Part shown: one piece after another, positions 9,357-19,000 of the stretch
How positions within the stretch are numbered: the stretch's first letter is position 1
Layout: the number at the start of each line of letters is the position of its first letter
Source: Betaproteobacteria bacterium
GTDB taxonomy: Bacteria > Pseudomonadota > Gammaproteobacteria > Burkholderiales > SG8-41
Length of the DNA stretch: 44,244 nt
Assembly: GCA_016202565.1 (NCBI GenBank)
Contig: JACQOK010000349.1
Location: 1-44,244, forward strand
Reading direction: 5' to 3'
Translations under genes and position numbers: made by a program
The notes under the pieces: generated by a model
Told to the model about the DNA's origin: nothing
What the model saw: the letters and a program-made list of their open reading frames with translations, nothing else
Databases searched by the model: none

Positions 9357-9498
9357 GTAGAGCCTCGCCCTCGCCGCGGCTCCAGCCTTCCATCCCCGCG
9401 CGCCGGCGCGGCTCGGTCGAGTTCCAAACGCTGCCTGTAATCCCGTCCCGGCGCTTCATTCCGGCTCATTACGCAGATTGCAGTTTCCGGTTGCGAGG

Positions 9499-10362
9499 TC
9501 AGTACGGCGCTCGGGCGGCGCGACGCAGCACGGCGTAGACGTTGTGCACGAAATAATCCCGTAGTGCCGGCACCTGCATGACCATGTCGGACAGGAGGCG
9601 AAGCGGGGGCACCGGCTTCAGGAATGTATTGACCGCGAGGTAGGCGAACTCCCAGCCGGTGTCGCGGACGTACCTCAGGAATTCCGAATATCGCATCAGG
9701 TTCAAGCCGCCTGCGATTTCGCGGTAGCCCTGCGCTGGATCGGTGGGGCGGAAGCATTCCCTGCGCACGCGTAGCAGGGCCTGCTCGGAGAACAGGACGC
9801 CGCGCCACGGGATCTGCAGCCGGAAAAAATCCCACATGTGATCGCCATACGGCGAATGAAACAGCGGCCCGAAGGCGAGCACGGCGATGCCGCCGGGCGC
9901 GATGAAGTCCGTCATTTTCCGCAGACACCCCTCGGGCTCGTCGATGTGCTCGAGCGCATCGAACGACAACAGCACGTCGTATTTTTTCTCGGGAACCCAC
10001 GTGCGCAGATCGCGGCAAAGGAACCGTACTCCCTCGCCCGCGCCGACCAGCCGGGCGCAGGCCTGCGCTCTCTCGATGTGCCGCGGCAGGAAATCCACGC
10101 CGGTGATGCGCTTTACCCCGAACCGGGCAAACGCGATGGTCAACTCGCCGCTGCCGCACCCCATGTCCAGATATTGCAAGCCGGGATCGACGGGAAGATG
10201 CCCCTCGAAGCGCCGCAGGATCTTGTGAATCTTCGACGGATCCTCCTCGAAAGACCGCGCCGAAACCTGCCGGGAGCGAAGGTCCAATTGCTCTTCCGTC
10301 GCCAGGTTTCGACGATGGGCGAGGCCTCGCAGAATAAAGTAATCCAGAGTTGCACCCAGCAT
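9499..10362 (-). CDS. Class I SAM-dependent methyltransferase
   Basis: Motif I is YLDMGCGSGELTIAF. This is followed by GVDF (post-I), VLLSFDALEHI and a GGIAVL-type core. Confidence 0.85.
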   Translation of the reverse strand: MLGATLDYFILRGLAHRRNLATEEQLDLRSRQVSARSFEEDPSKIHKILRRFEGHLPVDPGLQYLDMGCGSGELTIAFARFGVKRITGVDFLPRHIERAQACARLVGAGEGVRFLCRDLRTWVPEKKYDVLLSFDALEHIDEPEGCLRKMTDFIAPGGIAVLAFGPLFHSPYGDHMWDFFRLQIPWRGVLFSEQALLRVRRECFRPTDPAQGYREIAGGLNLMRYSEFLRYVRDTGWEFAYLAVNTFLKPVPPLRLLSDMVMQVPALRDYFVHNVYAVLRRAARAPY

Positions 10363-10616
10363 TCGGCTTCCTGCCCGTTGGCATGAGCATTATCGTGCCT
10401 TCGCCGGCGTTGCGCGGCTTGCGCCATCATCGATCAAGCCGGTTGACGGCCGTAGGGCCCGCTGCGCGCAGGGGATAGTCCGCTCGGATCAGCACAGGGA
10501 AGGGGTTGCCGAAACCGAAGCTTCATTCACGCAAGCCCTGAACTGCCGTGCGGCTTACCTGTCCGCCGCGTGCCGAAGCGGGCGCGTCTCGCAGCGTGTG
10601 CCGGCGGCCTGTCGTC

Positions 10617-11112
10617 TTACCGGATTGAAATCCCGGTGCTCGGGGTCAGCCGACCTGCGAAACGGTGCCGCCATGCAATGGTCGGGGCCGGCTGTTTGTG
10701 GTCGAAGCGGCGATGTCCATCCCGCGGCGGGAGAATCGCTGCCGCAGTAGAGTCTCGTGACTGCCCCGTGAATCCGCGGCAGCTGAAGTATCAGCGTGCA
10801 GGAGCCCCGGCCTAGCGCATAACCCAGGGGTATCGGCGACACTCTGCAGTCCTCGCTGCAATGAAAGAACAGCTCGAGGTCATGTTCGCCGCGCGCCTCC
10901 AGGATGTCCTCGATGCAGAAACGGCGCGCCCGCTTGTCAAGCGTAATCCGTCGCCGGTGCATGACAGGGTCCGCGAGCCGCATGTAGCCATCGTGCCAGC
11001 CCTCGAACACGTCCTTCCCGTCCGAAGTCGACCAGCGGCTGCAGCCGGCGCCTCTCTTCCTGCGCGGCGAATCGCACGTCGGTGGCCGCCCCGGCGGCGC
11101 TCCCAGCTTCAC
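10617..11112 (-). pseudogene. Heparinase II/III-family C-terminal fragment, N-terminally truncated and frameshifted
   Basis: The fragment reads ..GWHDGYMRLADPVMHRRRITL...IEDILEARGEHDLELFFH...AAGWTSP, the pattern of the family C-terminal beta-sandwich. After GWTSP the plausible continuation (FDHKQPAPTIAWRH..., stop TAA complement 10617-10619) lies in another frame. The shift is near 10700-10712. The ~400 N-terminal residues expected for the family are absent. Confidence 0.55.
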
Positions 11113-11165
11113 CGATCACGTCCTTGCACGGCACTCCGGAAAAGCGGGCGGCGCGGCTGGTCGGT

Positions 11166-12065
11166 TCAGGCGGTTTGCAACCGGACGACCGGCGGGCAGG
11201 GGTTCAATCGCGGGCGAAGATAGGCGCCGGCCCAGTTCCCCACTTCTTTCAGCAACCGCCGCCGGTGCAGCTCCAGTGGATACGTGTGCTCGGCCTGCGG
11301 CCAGTAGATCTCGGTGCAGAACTGCGGATAGCCCTCGAGACCCAGGACCCCGCCCAACTGCCCCGCCCGGTTGTAGTAGGGAAGCGCGTATTGCGTGAAC
11401 ACGGACAGCACTCGTCCCTGCCGCTCCCGTATCGACAGGAACGCCGCCCGGACCTGCTCTCGCGTCGGAAGATTCCTGAGTGCCAGATAGTCCAGCGGCT
11501 CATCGTCTTCCTTCCTTTTTCTGCGCGGGGTCGTCAGAGCCTTGAGGCGACGCTTGAGCCACGAGACGTACAGATCCGGGTTCGTATACTTGAGGACCAG
11601 CGCCCGCGCCTTGAATCCATCGTCCCTGAAGCAGATGGGATCGAGCAGAACCATGCCGACGATCCGGGGATCCCCGGGCGTCAACTTGATCGCGTTGTCC
11701 GCGCCCGAGCAGAGCCCCGCCAGCACGAGTGGCAGTTGACCGAGGCGCGATTCGAGAACGCTCACGATCTCCTTGTAGTCCGCCGTCACGGATTCCTGAT
11801 TCGTCAGGCCGGGGCGGCGCGGACTGTCACCGATGCCCGCCAGATCGACGCGCAGCGAGCTGAAACCCATCCGGGCGAGCTGCCGGGAGAGTCGAACGTG
11901 CAGCCTGAACGTACCGACCCGGTGCAGCGCGCCGGCGCTCAGGAGCACGAACACCGGCAGCGCGTGCGCGGTGCGGGCCGGCGTCGCAGGGAGGGTCAGA
12001 ATCCCGAATAGCCGCCCGCCTTCCCCGAACTGCAGAGGTTCTTCCGTCAGGACAGGGTCAGACAT
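11166..12065 (-). CDS. Alpha/beta-fold protein, 'hydrolase 1' type, with Cys at the nucleophile elbow; last gene of the PKS/NRPS operon
   Basis: Track ORF 11166..12845 is trimmed to ATG 12065 (MSDPVLTEEPLQFGEGGRLFGILTLP). Motifs are LRVDLAGIGDS and LVLAGLCSGADNAI (G-L-C-S-G). It resembles the product of 40817..41770 (LRLDLEGFGDS, VGGLCGAAI). It overlaps the upstream gene by 19 nt. Confidence 0.8.
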   Translation of the reverse strand: MSDPVLTEEPLQFGEGGRLFGILTLPATPARTAHALPVFVLLSAGALHRVGTFRLHVRLSRQLARMGFSSLRVDLAGIGDSPRRPGLTNQESVTADYKEIVSVLESRLGQLPLVLAGLCSGADNAIKLTPGDPRIVGMVLLDPICFRDDGFKARALVLKYTNPDLYVSWLKRRLKALTTPRRKRKEDDEPLDYLALRNLPTREQVRAAFLSIRERQGRVLSVFTQYALPYYNRAGQLGGVLGLEGYPQFCTEIYWPQAEHTYPLELHRRRLLKEVGNWAGAYLRPRLNPCPPVVRLQTA

Positions 12066-12802
12066 GCGGTGAGCCGCTCCAATAACGGCTGGGGCAATAT
12101 GGGCCCCTCCAGGTCCGTCTCCCAGCCATACGCGACCCCGGCCACGCCTTGGAAGACGCCCGGCGCAGGTAGATCGGCCGCGGGCGAAGTGCTGACAACG
12201 TGCAGCTTGTGCTTCGGCACGCTCGAATAGGTGCTCGCATCGAGCGAACGGAATCCCTCCACCATGGATGCGGAGAGCCAGTAGCCGCCGTACTCGTGCA
12301 TCGCCTCGCGGCGCTCGCGGTGACTCAAGTACCGATTCCGCTCGAATATGGACGCCTGAACGCGTTTCAGCACGCGCAGGTACTCCGCTCCGTCCGGAAC
12401 CGGATCCCACAGGACCAACCGCTGGACGTCGTCGCGAGCGCCCGCGTACTTGCAGACAAGCAGGGCACCGGCCCGCACTCCGAGCAGCTGCACGCTGGTG
12501 CATCCGGAGAGCTCCCGGCCTTCCTGAACCGCGAGTGCGATGTCCTCCAGCCAGTCGGAGATCCCAACCTCGGCGAGCTCGCCGAACGAGTCTCCGGTGC
12601 CGCGATAATCGAAGCGGAGGACGTGCTGGCCTTTCCCGGAGAGGACAATGGCGAGTTCTCTCAGCACAAGATGCGTGCGCATATATTCCGAGCACAGCGG
12701 CGGGCAGATTATCGTGAGCAGCCTGCCGCTCCCTGCAGCCGGCGGGTGGTACGTCGCGAAGCGCTGTGCGCTGCCCGCTCCGAAGAAGAAGGCTTCGATC
12801 AT
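12047..12802 (-). CDS. Alpha/beta-fold protein, 'hydrolase 2' type, with Arg in place of the nucleophile; translationally coupled to the NRPS
   Basis: Track ORF 12047..13234 is trimmed to ATG 12802 (MIEAFFFGAG...). ATGA overlaps the NRPS stop (12799-12802). Motifs are VLRFDYRGTGDS, LLGVRAGALL and LVLWDPVPDGAEYL. At 251 aa it has the same length and motif order as the product of 40065..40820. Confidence 0.8.
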   Translation of the reverse strand: MIEAFFFGAGSAQRFATYHPPAAGSGRLLTIICPPLCSEYMRTHLVLRELAIVLSGKGQHVLRFDYRGTGDSFGELAEVGISDWLEDIALAVQEGRELSGCTSVQLLGVRAGALLVCKYAGARDDVQRLVLWDPVPDGAEYLRVLKRVQASIFERNRYLSHRERREAMHEYGGYWLSASMVEGFRSLDASTYSSVPKHKLHVVSTSPAADLPAPGVFQGVAGVAYGWETDLEGPILPQPLLERLTACLTLS

Positions 12803-15800
12803 GGGGCCGGCTCTCCGCTCCGGCATCGCGCCGCGATATCGGCAAGCGTTTCCTGGAACAGCACGACGAATTCGAGTCTTTTGCCGAGCTTCTCCTCGAT
12901 CAGTCGCAGCGCCCTCAGACCGAGCAGCGAGTAGCCGCCCATCTCGAAGAACTTGTCGCTGCGGACGATCGGCCGGGCCGGCTGAATCAGCTTCGTCCAG
13001 ATCTCGGCGATCGCCGCCTCGACCGGATCCGCTGGAGCGTCGTGCTGACCGACGCGGCTCTCGGTGACGACGGGCGTCGGAAGACGGCGCCGATCGATCT
13101 TGCCGTTTGGCGTCAGCGGAAACTCGTCCACCGCGAGAAAGTACTGCGGAATCATGTATTCGGGAAGGCGGGCACGCAGATGCTTGCGCAGGCCGATCGC
13201 GGGCAGGACGCCGCCCCTGGCCGGGACGCAGCACGCGACGATGCGCATGTCATTCGGCTTTACGGTCCACAAGTGCACGGCCGCCTGGTGCACGTCGGGA
13301 TGGCCGGCCAGTACCGTCTCGATCTCGCCCAGCTCGATGCGAAAACCCCGCACCTTGACTTGATCATCGAGGCGGCCGAGATGCTCCAGCGTGCCGTCAT
13401 TGCACCAGCGCGCGCGATCGCCGGTGCGGTAGAGCGTGGCGCCCGGTGCAGTGCTGAACGGATCCGGGATGAAGCGCTCGGCGGTGAGCTCGGGCCGGTT
13501 CCAGTAGCCGAGCGCGACTCCGTCACCTCCGATGTACAGCTCGCCGGGGACGCCGATGGGAGAGAGGTTCTTCCGCGCATCCAGGATCCGGACACTGGTG
13601 TTGGCTATGGGCCTGCCGATGGTGATCCCGCCGGAGGGATCGGTAATCCGCGCGCAGGTGGACCACACCGTCGTCTCGGTGGGACCGTACAGGTTCCACA
13701 GCTCGACGCCGCGCGCGATCAACTGATCGGCCAGGTCTTTGGGCAACGCTTCTCCGCCGACCAGGGCCTTGAACGGGACCCTGCCGGTCCAGCCTGTCTC
13801 GACGAGCATGCGCCAGGTGACGGGCGTGGCCTGCATAACGGTCGCCCGGTGCTGGTCGAGGAGCGCGCTCAGGGCACGGCCATCGGTGGCTTCATCGGGG
13901 GCCGCAATGACGACGGTCGCGCCGAGCGTGACCGGCAGCAGGAGCTCGAGCACGGCGATATCGAAGGACAGCGTGGTGACCGCGACCAGGACGTCGTTCT
14001 CCGTAAGGCCGGGCTCGCGCGCCATGCTCGTCAGGAAGTTGACGACGGCGCGGTGCGGGACCACGACCCCCTTGGGCCTCCCGGTGGAACCGGAGGTGTA
14101 GATGACATAGGCCGGATCCTCGGGACGCGCGGCAGGCGCATCGCCGGGCAGGGGGATGACGGCCGCGGAATCGATGGCCGCGGCGGCGGCATCCAGCAAC
14201 AGTTGACGCTCGCCAGGCATGTCGAGGGTGCCGGACAGGGCGGTGGTGGACACGAGCAGGGCAAGCCCGGCGTCCTCCGCCATGAAGCGCAGGCGCTCCG
14301 TCGGGAAAGAGGGATCGAGCGGAACGTAGGCGGCGCCGGCCTTGAGTATGCCGAGCATGGCGGCGACCATGTCGGCGCCCCGCTCGACGCACAGCCCGAC
14401 GCGCTGGCCGCGGCCGATGCCGCGCGCGCGCAACAGCCTCGAAACGCGGGCAGCGCGCGCGCCCAGCGCGGCATAGGAGAGCGCCGCCGCGCCCACCGTG
14501 AGGGCGGTGCGGGACGGCGCGCGCTTCACCTGCGCCTCGAACAGCTCGTGGACCAGCGCGCCGGCCGGATAGTCGGCCCCCGTCTGGTTCCACTCGTCAA
14601 GGACCAGGCTTCTTTCGACCACCGACAGTAGCGGCAGCTCCGATATCTTCTGCCACGGATTCCTGGCGAAGACGCGCAGCAATTGCTGGAAATTCGACGA
14701 CAGCCTTTCCACGGTCCGGGCCTCGAAGAGATCGGTGCAGTACTCGAAGCGTCCCACGTAGCCCTGATCCTCCTCGTAGAGATGAAGGCCCAGGTCGAAC
14801 TGGGCGAACTTCAGGTCGAAATGGAAGCTGCTGACTTGCAGGTCTCCGATTTTCGGCGCGCTCCCCGCCAGCACCTGCAATATGACCTGGAACACGGGGT
14901 TGCGGCTTGGATCCCTCTCGAGCTTCAGGTGCTTCGCCAGCGCCTCGAAAGACACGCCGCTGTTCGAGAAGGCGTTGAGCGTCGTGTCGCGGGTCCGCCG
15001 CAGCAATTCGATGAAGGCAGGATCGCCCGAGAGATCGCAGCGCAAGGCCGCCATGTTGAGGAAGTTCCCGATCAGCGGGTCGAGCTCGCCCTGTGTTCTC
15101 GCCGCGACCGGGGTGCCGATGACGATATCGTCCGCGCCGGAATAGCGCTGCAACAGCACCTGAAAGGCCGCCAAGAGCGTCATGAAGACGGTGCATCCTT
15201 CCCGCGCGCCGAGGGTCTTGAGATCCTCCGCCACCGGCGCGGGGATGCCGAAAAAGACATTCGAGCCGTTGAAGGACTGGAGGGCCGGCCGCGGTCTGTC
15301 ACCGGGCAGCTCCAGCACGGGAAGCGTGCCGGCGAGCTGCCGCTGCCAGAACTCGATCTGATCGGCGCAGGCCGCCTCACCGGCCATGCGTTGCCGCTGC
15401 CACACGGCGAAGTCGGCATACTGCACGGCCAGTTCGAGCGGGCGGGCATCGGCACCGCCGGTGTATGCGCGATAGAACGCATCCAGCTCGCGCATGAAGA
15501 CCCCGAAGGACAACCCATCCGCCACGATGTGATGAAAGTTGAGAATCAGGACGTGCTCGACGGCGCCCAGCCTGAACACCGACACCCGGATCAGCGGAAG
15601 GCGGGAGAGGTCGAACGATCTCAGGGATTCTTCCGAAGCCAGGGCCTGCAGCTTGTTCTCGCGCTCCTCGCCGCGCAGGTGGTCCAGCGGCGTGACCTTG
15701 ACCCGGATCTCCAGGTCGGGGTGGATGCGTTGCACGGGCTCGCCGTCGCGGACGACGAACGTGGTCCTCAGTCCTTCGTGCCGCTTGATGATTTCATTGA

Positions 15801-16047
15801 CGCTGCGCTCCAGCGCCGGCACGTCGAGCGGGCCCCGCAGCCGGTATCCGTTCGGCAGGTTGTACGCGGGATTGCCCGGCGTCATTTGGTCGATCACCCA
15901 GATCTGCCGCTGGGAAAACGACAGGGGAACGGCGTCGTGATTCGGGCGCTTGGGTATCGCGCAGTCGTTCACTCGCTTGCGGGTGGCCGCCCCCAACCGC
16001 TGCTGCAGCAGCGCTCTTTTCTCAGGGGAAAGGTCTGACATGCTCAT
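12799..16047 (-). CDS. NRPS module C-A-T (A-domain code Gly-like); no TE, R or terminal C domain
   Basis: The C domain has SFSQRQIW and HHIVADGLS (HHxxxDG). The A domain has LSYAAL, YVIYTSGSTGRPKGV, FDIAVLE, NLYGPTETTV, GELYIGGDGVALGY, YRTGDRA and PNGKIDR. The T domain has FFEMGGYSLL. The 10-residue code read by eye is DILQLGLVWK. Confidence 0.95.
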   Translation of the reverse strand: MSMSDLSPEKRALLQQRLGAATRKRVNDCAIPKRPNHDAVPLSFSQRQIWVIDQMTPGNPAYNLPNGYRLRGPLDVPALERSVNEIIKRHEGLRTTFVVRDGEPVQRIHPDLEIRVKVTPLDHLRGEERENKLQALASEESLRSFDLSRLPLIRVSVFRLGAVEHVLILNFHHIVADGLSFGVFMRELDAFYRAYTGGADARPLELAVQYADFAVWQRQRMAGEAACADQIEFWQRQLAGTLPVLELPGDRPRPALQSFNGSNVFFGIPAPVAEDLKTLGAREGCTVFMTLLAAFQVLLQRYSGADDIVIGTPVAARTQGELDPLIGNFLNMAALRCDLSGDPAFIELLRRTRDTTLNAFSNSGVSFEALAKHLKLERDPSRNPVFQVILQVLAGSAPKIGDLQVSSFHFDLKFAQFDLGLHLYEEDQGYVGRFEYCTDLFEARTVERLSSNFQQLLRVFARNPWQKISELPLLSVVERSLVLDEWNQTGADYPAGALVHELFEAQVKRAPSRTALTVGAAALSYAALGARAARVSRLLRARGIGRGQRVGLCVERGADMVAAMLGILKAGAAYVPLDPSFPTERLRFMAEDAGLALLVSTTALSGTLDMPGERQLLLDAAAAAIDSAAVIPLPGDAPAARPEDPAYVIYTSGSTGRPKGVVVPHRAVVNFLTSMAREPGLTENDVLVAVTTLSFDIAVLELLLPVTLGATVVIAAPDEATDGRALSALLDQHRATVMQATPVTWRMLVETGWTGRVPFKALVGGEALPKDLADQLIARGVELWNLYGPTETTVWSTCARITDPSGGITIGRPIANTSVRILDARKNLSPIGVPGELYIGGDGVALGYWNRPELTAERFIPDPFSTAPGATLYRTGDRARWCNDGTLEHLGRLDDQVKVRGFRIELGEIETVLAGHPDVHQAAVHLWTVKPNDMRIVACCVPARGGVLPAIGLRKHLRARLPEYMIPQYFLAVDEFPLTPNGKIDRRRLPTPVVTESRVGQHDAPADPVEAAIAEIWTKLIQPARPIVRSDKFFEMGGYSLLGLRALRLIEEKLGKRLEFVVLFQETLADIAARCRSGEPAP

Positions 16048-16082
16048 GAAGAAAAGGCGATTCTCGGCGGGGGGCGGGGCCG

Positions 16083-19000
16083 TTACTCTTGAGAAACGAG
16101 CCGTTGCGCCTGGTCATCGGTCATGCTTTCGATTTCCGCGAGGATTCTTGCCTGGATGACCGACGCCAGTTGCGCGATCGTGGGCGCCTCGAAGAACTCC
16201 CTGAGGCTGAACCTGATTTCATACAACGCTCTCACCTTCGACACGATCTGCATGGCCAGCAGCGAGTGCCCACCGAGCCGGGAAAACTGCTCGTGAACGC
16301 CGATCTGCTCGAGGCCCAAGACGATTCTCCAGATCTCCGCTACCGCTGCCTCGACTTCGTTGGTGGGGGCATCCGCCCCCTCCTGCACGGTGCCGCGGCG
16401 AGCGGGCATCGCGCGGCCCGTCCGCGCCAGCGACAGATACCGGTCGGGATCGACCGGCGCCCGGGATCGCGCCAGCACCTCCTGAAGATCCTCCGGACTG
16501 ACCAGGACCTGCTGCAGATCGGAGTTCAGTGCCCGTGCGAACGCCTCCACGCCGTCCCGGGTGGCGATCGCCTTGTCGAGGGCGGCCTTCTTCCAGCCCT
16601 CCAGCCCGGGCGCCGTTTCCAGCTCCGCCAGCTGTCCGATCTCCTTCCAGCCGGGCCAGTTGATGGTCAGCGTGTGAAACCTGTTCCGCGCATTGGCGGC
16701 ATAGGTGCAGGCATCGAGGAAGCAGTTGGCGGCGCTGTAGTCGCAGTGCGCGTACGGAGTATCGATTGCCGTCATCGACGAGAACAGAACCAGGAAATCC
16801 AGCGGCACGTCCTCGAGCAGGTCGAGCAGGATCATCGTGCCGTCGACCTTCGGGGCGAGCACGCTATCCGCAGTGGCCCTGGTCTTGCTCTGGATCAACT
16901 CCGCTTTGACGATGCCGGCGGCGTGGATGATGCCGTTGATCGCCCCGTAGCGCTCCAGTGCGTTCTCGAGAACGCTCTGCATCTGTGCCCGGTTGGAGAC
17001 CTCGGCCACCTGCACCTCGACTTGCCCTCCGGAGGCCTCGATTTCCATCAGCGCGTCGATCGTCCTCAGCACGGACTGCGGAGCCTCGCGCGTCAGCGAC
17101 AACTGCTTCCACACCGATTTATCGGGGAACGCCGACTTCTTGGTGAGAACGATCCGGGGCTGGCAGGTCTGCGCCAGATATTTCGAGATCGACAACCCGA
17201 TCCCTCCGGTACCCCCGGTAATGACGTAGACCCCGTTGCGTCTCAAACGACCGAGGCCGGACGGGTGCTCCGACGCCTCCGACGAGAGGGCCTTCGGCAG
17301 GGCGACGCGTTCGAAGTCCCGCCGCCAGCGATAGCGCCCGCGGTAGGCGACCACCTCGCCGCGGCACGGGTCGGCGAACTCGGAAACGATCCTGGCGATC
17401 ACTTCGCCGGGCAAGCTGTCGATGGGCTGTTCATCGGGCAGATCGATGTTGAAGCACTTGACGTTGGGGAACTCCTTGGGGATGACTCCGCAGGGTCCGA
17501 GCACCGTTGCCATTTCAGGAGCGAGGCGTTCTTCGCCGGTGACTTCATGCACCCGGTTGGAAATAATGCCGATGCTGACTGGAACGGAAACGTTCAGCTC
17601 ACCGAGTGCCTGCGCGATGTGCAGGAGGCTGTAGAAGCCGAATTCCTGGCGGGCCGCGCAGGAGTAATCGGCGTGCTCCCGGTCATCGCGGATGAGGCTC
17701 CCCAGATGGATGATGTTGATGGCCTTTGGCGCGGCGCCCACCGCGAGCACCTCGAACAGCTTCAGGTAGTTGTCGATGCCCGCCGGATTCAGCTCGAACG
17801 AACCATCCCCGCACTGCGCGAAGCGGTCTCCAAACCGGACGAAAGCAGCCGCGAGTCGAAGGCCGTCAAGGTGCGCTTTGACCTGACCCCCTCCGCCGTA
17901 ACGGTCGGCAAAAATCAGCCAGAAGGCGTCATCCCGGGGGCGGCGCGGTGCGCCGAAAGGCGGCTCGCGCTTCCATGCCGGAACATAGAACCACTCGTCG
18001 AAGCCCCGCATCCCCGATGTCTGGTCGTGCTCTTGCCTCTCGTCTGCCCCGGGGGGCGTGGTCTCCATCCAGTGGGTCTGTCTCGCGAAAGGATAGGTCG
18101 GCAACGGCACTCTGCGGCGGCGCCCGCCGGACGGAGCATTGTCCCAGTGGATTCCGACGCCCGCGAGCCACAGCCTGCCGATGGCGTGCCACAGGAACTC
18201 GACATCGGACTGGTTCTCGTAGTCGTGCCTGATCGAGGATACCGCCAGCGGATCGCCGCCATTGCACCGGTCGGGATGCTGCATGGCGAGTACCGCCAGC
18301 GTCCGGCCCGGCCCCGCTTCCAGGAGAATGGGATTCGTGAAGCGCCAGAGCTCGTGCAGAGCGTCGCTGAACCGGGCCGTCCGCGTGGCGTGCAGGGCCC
18401 AGTAAGCGGGATCGGCGGCTTCGCTTCGCGTAATCCAGGTGCCGGTGACGTTGGAGATGTACGGAATGGCAGGCGCGTTGAGGCGGACCTTGCCCACCTC
18501 CTTTTCGAACGGCTCCACGATCGGATCGAGCATGCGCGAGTGAAAGGCGTGAGCGTTCTGAACGTGCCGGCAGAGGATGCTCTTCGCATTCAGCGTCTTC
18601 TCGAAATCGGCTACGGCGGCGGCCGGTCCGGCCACCACGCACAGGCTCGGGCCGTTGATCAGGGAGATGGACAGATCCCCGGGCAGCAGCGGAAGCAACT
18701 CGGCTTCCGGCAACGTGACGGCGAGCATGGCTCCCTGGGGCAGTGCGTTGACCAGCCGTGCCCGCGTTGCGACGAGCCGCAACGCATCCTCCAGCGATAG
18801 AACGCCGGCCACGCACGCCGCCACGTACTCGCCCATGCTGTGACCGACGATGGCATCAGGGGTGATGCCGAGCGATTGCCAGAGACGCGCCATGGCATAC
18901 TCGACCGTGAATAGCGCCGGCTGGGCTACGAGCGTCCGATTCAGGTTCGCGGCCTCCCGGCCCTCCGGTGCATCGGCGCCCCGCCCGAGCATTTTTTTCA

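Noticed and set aside
9353-10390. A 345-aa ORF overlaps the SAM methyltransferase on the same strand.
   Set aside because: It is the alternative frame of the same DNA, shows Arg/Pro-rich composition, and has no motifs. The 287-aa frame carries the SAM-binding motif.
11113-11165. I looked for mobile-element hallmarks at the island borders (11.1 kb and 30.4 kb), namely integrase, transposase, tRNA, and inverted or direct repeats.
   Set aside because: I could see none in the sequence or the ORF track, so no mobile_element feature is claimed. The acquisition idea rests only on the gene fragment at the junction.
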